From NCBI RefSeq assembly GCF_009914755.1, contig NC_060936.1: a stretch of 64,000 bases of DNA. One strand, 5' to 3'. The notes under the pieces are model-generated. The model was not told the DNA's origin. It was given only the letters and a program-made list of their open reading frames with translations, and ran no database searches. A program made the translations under genes and the position numbers. Within the stretch, counting starts at the first letter, position 1. The number at the start of each line of letters is the position of its first letter. This document shows, piece after piece, positions 44,221-56,957 of the stretch. Source of the DNA: the human T2T-CHM13v2.0 reference genome, Homo sapiens.

Positions 44221-46229
44221 GACATGTTAAAAAGAAATATCTACATTTGTCAGCCAGATTCATTTGTGGAGAGAATGGTAATTGCAAGGAATCAAAGATA
44301 ATGGGAAAATTGCAAGTTAAATTAATGGGATGTATAAGGGGTTTCCTACAGGATAAGAATGACAGATTAGAATAAATATTAGGACAAACTCAAAGTTAAG
44401 CAAAAATGCCTATTCCTGTTCCCTATTGATCTGTGTTCATTCCTGACATTAAAACTTGTTTAAAATTCACTTTATTCAATAAGCCTCTTCAGAAAAATCA
44501 GAGAATCATGACAGCTAGATATTTCAGATAATTCATCCAGCCATTCACACCTTGAATCAGTTCAACAGCATCCCAGCCAACTGGGTGCCTGGCTTATGTG
44601 TAAAACACCTCCAGAGATATTCACTGTGTCCTGAAGCAACATATGCCACATTTGGTGAATTTCATACATCAGAAAAGCCTTCTTTATATGAAGCTGAAAT
44701 GGATCTTCTATAGCTTCTTCCCACTGAGCCTATTCTACCCTCTTAGGGTATCAAGGCTGATGCACACCTGTTCTGCTCAGTTCTGTATGCCTTACTTTCT
44801 CATACTACTGTATTAAACAAATTTTGACACTAACATTATATACTGTGCTATTATAAATTCATCTCCCCTTTCATCCTCACAGTGGTAACAGAGTCCCCCC
44901 TCCACCAAGCCCCATGTATTGACATTACCACAGGCCCAAGGTTCTGTGACAAACACACCCATTCCCAATTTTCCAAGAAGAAGGGGACTTCCACTTGATG
45001 AACCCTGTGATGTGCCAGAGATTTGAGATAGATTCCATTATTCCATTCTCTTATCAACCCTACAAAACAAGTTGCTATTGACCTCTTCAAAGAGATAGTT
45101 TTATTCTTTTATACTTAAGACTGACCATCTACATTATTACTTTCCCAGGTACTGATTTTCTATGTATACTCTTACATTCTCTAATATATATTAATATATA
45201 TAACATTTATTATATGTAATACAATATATGTGTTTGTATTTTTATTATTTTTTATATTTGCTCTTCTAGAAGTGTTTTCCAATGCTTTCTTGAATGAGGC
45301 AAGATATAAATAAAATAAATGGTATTTTAAATTGACATTTCACAGCTGGACTGCCGAAGCTCAAAGAGGGTGAGTAACTTGACCAAGAGATGTTCAGAGT
45401 CTGGAAAATGGATTCTCGGTAACTGAACTCTCGAGAATCTGATTTATGAACCCAAAGTCTCATTTACTTCTTTTAATGGAAGGTCGATGTGGAAGAATAA
45501 CTGATGCCCGTCATTGCACAAAGTGCTCAAAATCAAGTCACAAATCAAACTGCATATGAGAAGATTGCTTAGTTAAAAGCTCTGAAAAAAAAGAGTCTTT
45601 GATGCCAAAATGAAATTTGCATAAATACAAAATAATGGACTGTTAATCTTCTTTGTCTAGGGATGTTTTAAGCTTAGGAGTTCTTCAAAATAATCATTAA
45701 AATTATAGCACCAGGTCTTTTAGACATTTTTAAAGCTAGTCCAGATTTTATTTTCCAGATTTCTTATCTCAATGTTACTGATTAGCTACTTACATTTTCA
45801 GGACAGTGCTTACTATATAATTTCAAAACTTACTTTTAATTGATTATACCTTAAATATGGTTTTTTTTTGTTTAAGGACAAAATTTTGCTAATTAAAAAT
45901 ACCAGAAAGATATTATCACATCTATTTAGGTAGAACCTTATTGGTTACCATTTCAAGGGATGATAGTTTATGATTTCATTCCTGAATACTATAGCTATGC
46001 TTTGTCTTTCACAGGTACACCCTGTGAAAGTGGTGGGGTATTTCCCTTGAAGAAAATGGTTGTTCACTGTGTGATGGGAAAAGTTCTGGGACCAGGAAAA
46101 ATGGGACCCTGGTGTCCAAAGAGGAGGACTTGCTCACAGAGACCAAGCCCAGGGGAGTTAAGTAGGCTGCTATAACAAGGGCACAGTCCTGGGACCAAGA
46201 AGGAGCTGATCAGTGGAGCCCATTAAAAT

Positions 46230-47434
46230 GAGAAGGGCCGGGGGCTTCCAGTTTCCCATCCCGCATGGAAGGAGCTCAGAAGTTGCCACTCTGTCTTCAC
46301 AAGTAACAAGCTGAACAAACTGAAAAATCAACTCTTCTAAGGTCTTTCAGAGATGCGAAGTCACAGGGAAAACCTCTGCCCCCAAAATTGGAAGGAAAGG
46401 CAGATACAGGAAATCACAACTTACCAGAGCAGAAAACCATGAGTGGATACCTCTGTGGACACCATTGCTGGGATAGGCAAACCTAAGATGAAATTCACAA
46501 ATTGCTGGAGGCTCAGTGTGAACAAGCCTGGAAGTTAAAAATAAGGGTTGGGAGAGGGACAGTTCTGATTGGTGGGCTGGGGGTTGCGGGGAGGACCGGA
46601 CAGACTAGGTCCTTTTTTGAGTTTACCCTACAGCATCTCTATCAGCCCATGGTGAGCTTCATAGTCCAGGGCACAAGCTCACCAAGAGGCTGAGACCTTG
46701 GACTTCGGAGACTCAGAGGGGTGAAGATGGGCGGGAGACGGGATAAAAAACTATATATTGTGTACAATATGAACTATTTGGGTGATGGGTACACTAAAAT
46801 CTCAGACTTCATGAGTATATAATTCATCCATGTAACCAAAAACCACTTGTACCCAAAAGGCTATTGAAATTTTAAAAAATAAACTTTTAAAAAAAACTAC
46901 GACCTAATCAGAGGACTATACAATGCTTCCCTTCTCCCCACCCCTTACCACGGCACCACTAAAGGCCTATTTGCTGCAGTTCTTTTTACTTAGTACATTA
47001 TGTCCTCCTTTCAGCAAGAAATTACAAGGCAAAAAAAAAACCCTAGTTTGAAGAAATTGACCAAGTATGAGAATCAGAGTCAGATATAGCAGGAATGTTG
47101 GCGTTATCAGACCAAAAATTTTAAAAACTATAACTAATATGCTAAGGGCTCCTAGGGAAGTATGCAAGAACAGATGGGTAAACATAAGCAGAAAGGTGAA
47201 AATTCTACAAAAGAATAAAAAAGAAATGCTAAAGATCAAAAACACTATAACAGAAATGAAGAACACCTTTGATGGGCTCATTGAGTAGATTAAACACAGC
47301 TGAGGAAAGCATCTCAGAAATTGAGGATATGACAATAGAAACTTCCAACACTGAAAAAGCAAAAGTTAAAACACAAAACAGAATATCTGAGAATTGTGGG
47401 GCCACTACAGATGTGTGGCATATATATATATGTA

Positions 47435-47524
<90 letters not shown>

Positions 47525-47720
47525 ATACTGGAAGGGAAATAAGGGAAGAAACAGAGAAAAATTTCAAGCAATAATGACTGACTTACCCCAGATTAATGTC
47601 AGGCACAGATCCAGGAAGCTCAGGGAGCACCAAACAGAATGCCAAAAAAAAAAAAAAACTACACCCAGGTATATTAGATTGAAACCTCAGAAGATCAAAG
47701 TTTTTTGAAAATCTTAATAG
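46230..47720 (+). mobile_element. Old L1M 5'/ORF1 region with a nested short L1 3' end (~46690-46890)
   Basis: ORF1 coiled-coil-like EMLKIKNTITEMKNTFDGLI / SRLNTAEESISEIED; nested piece resembles 42200-42420. Confidence 0.65.
47420..47521. repeat. Compound (TA)n microsatellite
   Basis: Three TA runs separated by short (t)agc interruptions. Confidence 0.97.
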
Positions 47721-48694
47721 TAGAAGAGCCGGGGTTGATAGGCTCTAGGAGCACCAATTTCTCTCAAAACTCTTAAGTTTTCATTTTCTGTTGTGTAACT
47801 CTATAATGGAACTTCTTAGTGATATATTTGGTTGATTTAAGGGAGAGTTCCTTAAGAAGAAAGAAAGAGATAATGAAAACTGTATAAGCAACTAACAATA
47901 TCTGTCTCAGAAACTGAACCACAGAAACAACTGGATAAAACAACAAACTAGTGTTTCTCCTGGTGGTTTCTATAAATATTGTTTTGAATTTCAAGTTTTG
48001 ACAGTCCCCAGTGAATTTTTCAAATTATGATCATAATAAGCCAAGCTCCCAAATGGATACGTTATCAGCTATGTAAAATCAGAAACATAATTTCAGAAAG
48101 AAATTTCAGAAAGAGAGATAAGTATGGCAATTTGTTACGCTTACATTGATAAAACAATGCAACTAATAGAAAATATACTTCTCTTTCTGTTTCATAATTG
48201 TGCAAATGAATAATAAATGAGCATAAAATGGTCCTTATAGCCATTTTAAATTTATTATAAAACTGTTACGTGTTTTGAGATTTTTTTAAACTAAGGCATG
48301 TTTTATATTTAAGATCAGGTTTTTTAGACTCTCAAAAATCAATGAAAATTTCACATTTCTAAAATATGATTCACTAAAACTGATTTGAAATTTAAAAAAA
48401 ATCTTCAACCATTAGACTTCAGAAACATAATAAATTATATTGGCTTATATATCCTCTTTAACTTATAGGAATTGGAAACTTTAAATTTTAAGTCAATTCA
48501 GTTACATCAGAAAGCTAATCAGTGCTTTCAACTCTTTCTTTCTTAGTCCTGTCAAAAAAACATATGTTATTGAAAGTATTAAGGTCCTGGAGGTAAAATT
48601 ATAAAATGAATACAGATTTCTCAACTATGAACTCAAATGTGCAAATAATGTCAGTTTGTTTTCTATAATTATGCTTATTTTTATCTTGAACTTC

Positions 48695-49068
48695 TGATAT
48701 GGTTTGGCTCTGTGTCCCCACCCAAATCTCATGTTTAATTGTAATTCTCACATGTTGAAGGAGGGACCTGGTAGGAGGTAATTGGATTATAGGGGTGGAT
48801 TTCCCCCCACAGTGTTCTTGTGATAGTGAGTGAGTTGTTTTGAGATCTGCTGGTTTAAAAGTATGGCACGTCTCCCCTCGCTCACTCTCTTTCTCTCCTG
48901 CTCCAACATGTGAAGACTGTGCCTGCTTCCCCTTTGCCTTCCACCACAACTGTAAGTTTCCTAAGGCCTCCCAGCCATGTGGAACTGTGAGTCAATTAAA
49001 CCTCTTTTCTTCATAAATTATCCAGTCTCAGATAGTTCTTTATAGCAGTGAGAGAATGAACTAACACA
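48695..49068 (+). mobile_element. MSTA/THE1D MaLR solo LTR
   Basis: tgatatggtttggctctgtgtccccacccaaatctc...gaactaacaca; near-TSD acttc/acctc. Confidence 0.9.
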
Positions 49069-51665
49069 ACCTCCATTCTACCTGATGGCAGCAGCTTACT
49101 CTTTGTAAATTCAGAGCAAAAAATAATAATAATAATTCAGGGTTTTCTGTCAATTGACACTTTTTCTGAGTAAACTTATACTTCCCTTCCAGTCCCTGTG
49201 GTTGTGTACAAGTTTGGGGAAATTTACACAATGGCCCTTACATACTCATGTCAGCTCCTCCAACTGTCCTTGTGTCTGGTTAGTCTCCAGATATTGGAAT
49301 CTGGAGTATATCTCATTCTTCATCCAGCCTCCATTCACAGATTGCAGGCGGATTTGCTGCTGCCTTATTCTAACAAATGCAGTGCTACTTCTGGTCTGCA
49401 AGGGTCTTCTCTGCTACTGCTGTGTCCCTCTTTGGAGCACAGAAAATATTCAGATGCTTTCCAAAACCCCCTCTGGGCCCAAGGAAAAACAATGAGCTAT
49501 CTCCATCCTTCTCTGACCATTCATATGGAGGTTAACCCCTATGACCTAGGTTAGGGCTCTTAGTTGTCTCTAAGAGGTCTGGATAATTGACCCTTGATCT
49601 TACCCAACTGAGTGGGGTTCAGGAGTGTGCTCACAGCAGGCTGCAACTGGGTGGGGAGGCTGAGTCCTCAGGATCCTCTGTACTGTTCTCCAGTAACCAT
49701 AATGTGCTAATGAGAGCACACCTGGGAGATTCTGGTGGCACAGGTCCAGATGAATGGTTAATGTCTTACACCTAAGAAAAAAATGAAGCCCTTCTTACAT
49801 ATTCACTAGCATCTAAGCTTCCTCTTGCTCAGGACTTGTTCCATAGTCACCCTCTGTGGAATCTTTATCTTCTTGAGGGTAGGGGGAGAAACCGCTCTGA
49901 AAACATCATGCACTTCTCTCACATAGATGTTTTTGGAAAAATCTCTTGGCCATAAATCCTCCAGGGCCATGGATTTTGAGACCAAAAAGGAAAGGCATTC
50001 AGACTCAAAATGTTGTCTCTCAAACTTTGGTCTCTGCCATGAATTTCAAAATTCACTAGATGATTCAAGGAGTTATTGGATTTTTAAAAATACTCTGAAA
50101 TTCAAAAGACTACAATTTATATAATTTTTCATATTTTGACTTTTAAACATTTCAATCCAGCCAATTTCATTATGAAATAAACTCTTAGCTTAATAACCAG
50201 CAATTGTCTAGATAATTTCCTCTTAATTGTCGGTAACTTCAGTTTATATTTGACATTGTGCTTACTTGATTAGGGAAAGTACACTCTCTTTGAAAAAATG
50301 TTTAAGTCAATCTCCTAACTCCTTTTAGCATAAGCTCTTTGCCAGTATTTAGAATAAATCTTTCCAAACCAATGGAGTTTTAACAATAAAAATCAGTTTC
50401 ATAATACAGCTTGAAAAATACTCCATTGAATCTAATTTTTAGACAATATTCTTGTAATTTTCAGGTTCTCACATAATTAAACTTGTACTCTCACTCCCAC
50501 TAGTGTATTATTTCTAGTATTTTTGGATTACCTATGCTCTTACTCCTTTAAAGGATTTGTTTCATTTTATTTCAGACTAACTAACCTATATACAGAAGGA
50601 CCAAGCCCTGCTTTTCCTATTTAATAAGACTAGGAGTTAGGATTCCTGTACTACAATATAAAAATGACTTTCCCAGTCACTTTATGAGACGTTAATCTCA
50701 AAGTACTCTTAACACAAATACACTCTTCCTGCAAAAGAAAAAACATGCCATGCTTATATATGTCATCAAAGAGATTACATGACCATGAACTGTAAATAGT
50801 TTGTATGTGAAAATCACTGCTGATGAGGAAAAAAAATGGTAACTTTAGTAAGTAATTCAGCAGCATCTAGGAAAATAGAAAATGTATTTACCCTAAGACT
50901 CAGCAAACCCATATCTAGGTAAATATCTCAGAGACTTAAATATGCACACGGTAGATAGACCCTTTTAAGTATGGCATTGCAGCATTATGCCAGTAGTGAA
51001 AATGTGATTCATTCTCAATGACTTTCAATAGAGGAATAAGTAAATACAATATCAATATCATAAAGCAGCTAAAATGAACTTTATCAACATTAGTAGATCT
51101 CAAAAACACAATGTTGTATGGAAAAAGCAAGCTGTAGTTTCAGATTAACATATACAGCATGATGCATATTATATGTATTTTAAAAGCCATAATATTCAAA
51201 ACAGTGTGGTATTAGCATAAAGACAGATGTATAGACCAGAGAAATAGAAGAGAGAGCCCAGAAAACCCCCACATATATTTTTATAAAGGTGATTTTTTAT
51301 AAAGGTGCCAAGAGCATTCAGCGGGGAAATGGACCATCTCTTCAACAAATGGTGCTGAGTAAACTGGATATCCACATATGGAAGATTAAAGTTGGACCCT
51401 TATCTATCACCATACATGAAAATTAATTCAAAAGGGATCAAAGACCTGGAACTATAAAACTCATAGAAGAAAATACAGGAAAAACGTCTCATGATATTGG
51501 ATTTGGCAATGATTTTTTGGATATGAAAACAAAGTCACAGGCAACAACAAAAAATGGACACATTGGACTTAATGAATATCTTAATAATCTGTGCATCCAA
51601 AGACACTATCAACGGGCAACCCACAGAATGGAAGAAAATATTTGCAAACTATGTGTATGATAAGA

Positions 51666-52128
51666 CAGGGGACCCCCAACTCCTGGTACTGGTCCGTAGC
51701 CTGTTAGGAAATGGGCCACAAAGCAGGAGGTCAGCATGGGCCAGTGAGTGAAGCTGAGCTCCACCTTCTGTCAGATCAGAGGCAGCATTAGATTCTCACA
51801 GAAGCATGAACCATATTGACCCCACGAGGGATCAAAGTTGCATGCTCCTTATGAGAATCTAATGCCTGACGATCTGTCACTGTCTCCCATCACCCACAGA
51901 TAGGACCATCTCGTTGCAGGAAAACAAGCTCAGGGCTCCCAGTGATTCTACATTATGGTGAGTTGTATAACTATTTCATTATATATTGCAATGTAATAAT
52001 AATAGAAATAAAGTGCACAATAAATGTAATACACCTGAATCATTTTGAAATCATTCCCCTTCCCCATCCATGAAAAAATTGTCTTCCACAAAATTGGTCC
52101 CTCATATCAAAAAGGTTGGTGACCATTG
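51666..52128 (+). mobile_element. MER1A-like hAT-Charlie element
   Basis: caggggacccccaac...aaaaaggttggtgaccattg termini; cagatcagaggcagcattagattctca and ttatgagaatctaatgc internal motifs. Confidence 0.85.
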
Positions 52129-52349
52129 TAATAAAGGATTAACATCTGGAATATATCCTAAAGCTGAACAACATTAAAATAATCCAATTGAAAACTGGGC
52201 AAAGGACTTAAATAGATATTTCTCTAAAGAAGATATACAAATATCCAATAAGCACATAAAAATATCCTTAACATCACTAGTAATTAGGGAAATGCAAATC
52301 AAAAGTACAATGAGATATTACCTCACACCCATTAGTATGACTACTATTA

Positions 52350-52730
<381 letters not shown>

Positions 52731-54368
52731 TCATTACAGCCACTGTGAAAAACAGTATGGTAGTCCCTCTAAAAATTATAAATAGAGTTACCATATTATA
52801 CAACAATTCCACTTCTGGATATATATCCAAAAGAATTGAAAGATGGGTCTCTAAGAGATAATTTGTACACCCATGTTCACAGCAGCATCATTCACAGTAG
52901 CTAAAATGTGGAAGCAATCTACTTTCCATCAGCATATGAATGGATAAGCAAAATATGGCATATGCATACAATAGAATATTATTTAGCCTTAAAAGGGGAG
53001 AAAATGCTGACATATGCTACAACATGGATGAAACTTGAGGACATTATGCTAAGTGAAATAAGCCAATCACAAAAGGATAAATACTGTATGATTCCACATA
53101 TATGAAGTATTTAGTGTAGTCAAAATCACATAGACAGAAATAGTGGAAGTTGTTGCTAAGGGATGGGACAAGGGGAAAATGGGGAGTTATTATTTAATGG
53201 GTACAGAGTTTCAGTTTTATAAGATAAAAAGAGTTTTGGAGATGGATGGTGGTGATGACTGCACAACATGATGAATGTATTTAATGCCACTCATCTGTAT
53301 GTTAAAAACAGTTAAGGTGGTACGTTTTATGTGTATTTTACCACAATGAAAAAAAAATGGGAAAAAGCATACAGAAAGAACATATTATTCATGTGTATAG
53401 ATATATATAGGCATGAATAATAAAAATGAATACTTAACAAATTCCTTCTCTAAACTGTAAAATATTCTTGGTTAATAATATTTTTATTGATGTATTTCAA
53501 GCACCTAGAACTCTGCCTGGCATATAGTAGGGACTCACTAAATATTTGGTGAAAAATGCATTTGTGACAGTGACTGGCTGGGATAGGGTCTGGGAGGAAA
53601 ATGAAGCTAGAAATGAGGAAGAAGAGCAACAACTTTATTTGTAATGTGATATTCCTCTGGTTTAGAGAAAGAAGGAGAAAGAGACTTAAAGCAAAAAGGA
53701 AAAAAAGTTACTTTTCAGTTGTTAATTTGTATATGAATGTCTTTTATAACCGTCTCTATACTTTCCTGCATTGTTTAACTTTAAAAACAAAGCAGGTCTC
53801 ACAAACTGTAGCTCACATTTTTAGAAAGCATACACCTTAAAAATTAATAAGAAATTTTAAAGGAAATTTAGTGAGAATACTCTCATCCTTAATTCCAAAC
53901 TCTCGCCCTCTATAATTACATTCTACTTGTTCCATGTGTATTCATTTTGTTTTCTACTTTATATCGTGAGCAATTCATGTAGAAACTCTCTAGCTTTAAC
54001 ATTTGTCATGTTTCTCCTAATCTCTTGACTCAGAAGTTAGAATATTTGGTTTTAGACTTAGTTCCACATTTAACTAGCTGTGTGACTTTCACCACATTAC
54101 TCAATCAGTATGGAACTTTGCTTCCTCATTTGAAAACTGGAGATATTGCAAAAGAAGACCCTTAGTGTCCCTCCCATATTTAAGATTTTAGGACTTGATG
54201 AGAGTCTTCAAAAAAATCATGAAAAATGCATATAATAAAAAACCTATGCAAGTTTTCAAAAATTTTTTGCACCAAAATAATTTCTTAGTAACTTGTTATA
54301 ACATGGCTAAACACAATCCAGCTTGAGGCACTAAGAAAAATAAGACATCAGTTTGAAAAGAGCCCCCT

Positions 54369-54687
<319 letters not shown>

Positions 54688-55191
54688 CTATCAGAGCAAC
54701 ATGCATTTTGCTAACATTAACCCAAGAACAAATATCATAATTAAGGTGCAGTTTGGATGGAAGAATGGTGAAGTCATTGATGCTTTATGAAAAGTTTATG
54801 GAGACAATGCCCCCCAAAAATCCATTTCCAAGCGGATAGCTTGTTTTAAGAAGGGATGAGATGTTTTAAGAAGGGACAAAGGCTATAGGGGCAGACCATC
54901 CACATCCATTTGCAAGGAGAAAATTAATCTTGTCCCACCCAAACAGTTTTGATGGAGAATCATTAGGCATCCACCTTACAGTCCTGATTTGGCTTCTTCT
55001 AACTTCTTCTTGCTTCCTAATATTTAAATAGCCATAAGGGCACCTATTTTTCCTTAGTTAATAATATAAAAAGGACTGCAGTGCCATAATTAAATTCCCA
55101 GGACCCTCAGTTATTTAGGGATGGACTAAATGGCTGATAGTATTGCTTACAAAAGTATCTTGACCTTGATGGAGCTTATGTTGACAAATAA

Positions 55192-55885
55192 GGCATGCGA
55201 TAGCGATAGACTTGCAGTGCTTATGCTTGCATTAAATATTATAAATATAGCTACTGTCAAGACAAGGTAGATAATTAAGGTTTGGATAGTAATATTTGGG
55301 TTATATGTTAAGATTGCAATCATTCAGCCCATGTGAGCAATTGATGAACAGGCTAAGATTTTTTGCAGTTGCCTTTGGTTGAGTCCTCAGTCCCCTACTA
55401 GAACAGATAATGTTGCAATTGCTACTAAAATGTTTAGGTCCATTGAGAAGAAAATTTGAAATATAATGGAGATAGGGGCTAGTTTTTGTCATGTAAGAAG
55501 GATTATACCAGATGTTAGTGAAATTCCCTGGGTTACTTCTGGGACTAAAAAGTGGAAGGGAGATATGCCTAATTTTATTGTTAAGGCTATTAATATTATT
55601 AAAGATGCTACTTGATTGATTGAGTTTATGATTATTCATTGTCTGGAGCACAGTATATCAGTAATAACACCTGTTATGAGGATTATGGATGCAGTTGCTT
55701 GTGTAAGAAAATATTTGGTAGCTGCTTCTGTGGAGTGAGGGCTTGCTTTTTTATAGAATTGGGACAATGGCTAATATATTTATTTCCATGCCCATTCAGT
55801 TGAGAAGTCAGTGTAAACCTATTATTGTGATGACAGTTCCTGTAAAGATAGTGAAAGAGATGATAAGTTGGGTTACAGGGTTGAT
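55192..55885 (-). pseudogene. MT-ND2 pseudogene (5' ~700 nt)
   Basis: Begins immediately after tRNA-Met; frameshifted and diverged. Confidence 0.92.
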
Positions 55886-55955
55886 TAGTGTGAGAAAGTG
55901 TATAAACCAAGATTTTTGGGATATGGACCCTATAGCTTATTTAGCTGACCTAACT
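55886..55955 (-). pseudogene. Mitochondrial tRNA-Met pseudogene
   Basis: Reverse complement agttaggtcagctaaataagctatagggtccatatccc matches mt-tRNA-Met. Confidence 0.9.
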
Positions 55956-55956
55956 A

Positions 55957-56028
55957 TAGGATATGATGTATTAGGTAGCATGGAGAATTTTTGATTCTCA
56001 GGAATACACTCAACTCCTATAATTCTAG
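55957..56028 (+). pseudogene. Mitochondrial tRNA-Gln pseudogene
   Basis: taggat...taggtagcatggagaatttttgattctcagg...ctag; opposite strand to its neighbours, as in mtDNA. Confidence 0.88.
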
Positions 56029-56094
56029 AAATAAGAGGGTTTAAACCTCTATTATTTACTCTATCAGAGTAACTCTTTTATCAGACATATTTCT
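56026..56094 (-). pseudogene. Mitochondrial tRNA-Ile pseudogene
   Basis: Reverse complement agaaatatgtctgataaaagagttactctgatagagtaaataatagagg. Confidence 0.92.
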
Positions 56095-56957
56095 TATGTT
56101 TGAGGTGGAATACTAGATATTATGATGGGCACAGAGATACGTTATTTGCAAAGTGCTAGTGTGAGTAGTGAGAAGTTTTTTCACAATATATGAGCTGATC
56201 ATAATGAAATAGAGGGTATGATGCTGGAATTCATAAAAAAAGGGTCGTTAAAAGGAGGGTTTTGCTGACAAAATTTATGGTGTAGAGTTCTGGTATATGA
56301 ATATCATATACTGCTCCTAGGAAGATACTAGTGATTAGTGCATTCATTATAATGATATTTATATATTTTGCTATAAAGAACAGGGCAAATGGACCTGAGG
56401 CATGTTCAACATTAAATCCCAAGACTAATTCCCCTTCTGTTAGGTCAAATGGGGCTTAGTTAGTCTCTGCTAGGGTGGAGATGTATCGTATTATAGCTAG
56501 AGGTCATGATGGTAGGAGTAGCCAAATAAACTCTTGTGTTACGATGAATGTGGGTAAATTAAATGAGCCACTTATCAAAAGAACTGACAGGAGGATAATA
56601 GCTAGGGTAATGACATATGAAGTTGTTTGGGCTACTGCTGGTAGTGCGCCAAATAGCGCATATTTTGAATTGAATGCTCATCCTGATCCTAAGATAGACA
56701 GCTAGGCTTGATGTAGCTAGTATAAATAAGGGACCTATATTAAGATTAAATAGGGGGTATGGTATGGGGAGGGGGATTCATACAAAGAGTGCAATACGTT
56801 GGAGCAATACTATATGGGGAATGACAGATGCTAATGGTCATAGTGGTTCTTTAATAAAAAGTTTTATTGCATCTGCAAAGGGTTGAAGTAGTATGTACTG
56901 ACCTACACTGTTAGGTCCTTTGCAGAGTTGTATACAACCTAAAATTTTTCTTTCAAT
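56095..56957 (-). pseudogene. MT-ND1 pseudogene (lacks the extreme 5' end)
   Basis: Remnants of KILG..QL.KGPN near 56910-56950 and [14 protein letters not shown] near 56380-56420. Confidence 0.92.

Larger units (their letters stand above)
55192..56957 (-). other. NUMT (nuclear mitochondrial insertion): partial ND1, tRNA-Ile, tRNA-Gln, tRNA-Met, partial ND2
   Basis: Mitochondrial gene order preserved; ND1 motif [15 protein letters not shown]; ND2 N-terminus INPVTQLII..TIFTGT; recognisable tRNA sequences. Confidence 0.96.

Noticed and set aside
47229-47571. ORFs with IYIYIY runs (also 12805-13092)
   Set aside because: Translations of (TA)n microsatellites
55192-56957. Functional mitochondrial genes or mtDNA contamination
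   Set aside because: Frameshifted, truncated at both ends, diverged and embedded in a nuclear transposon
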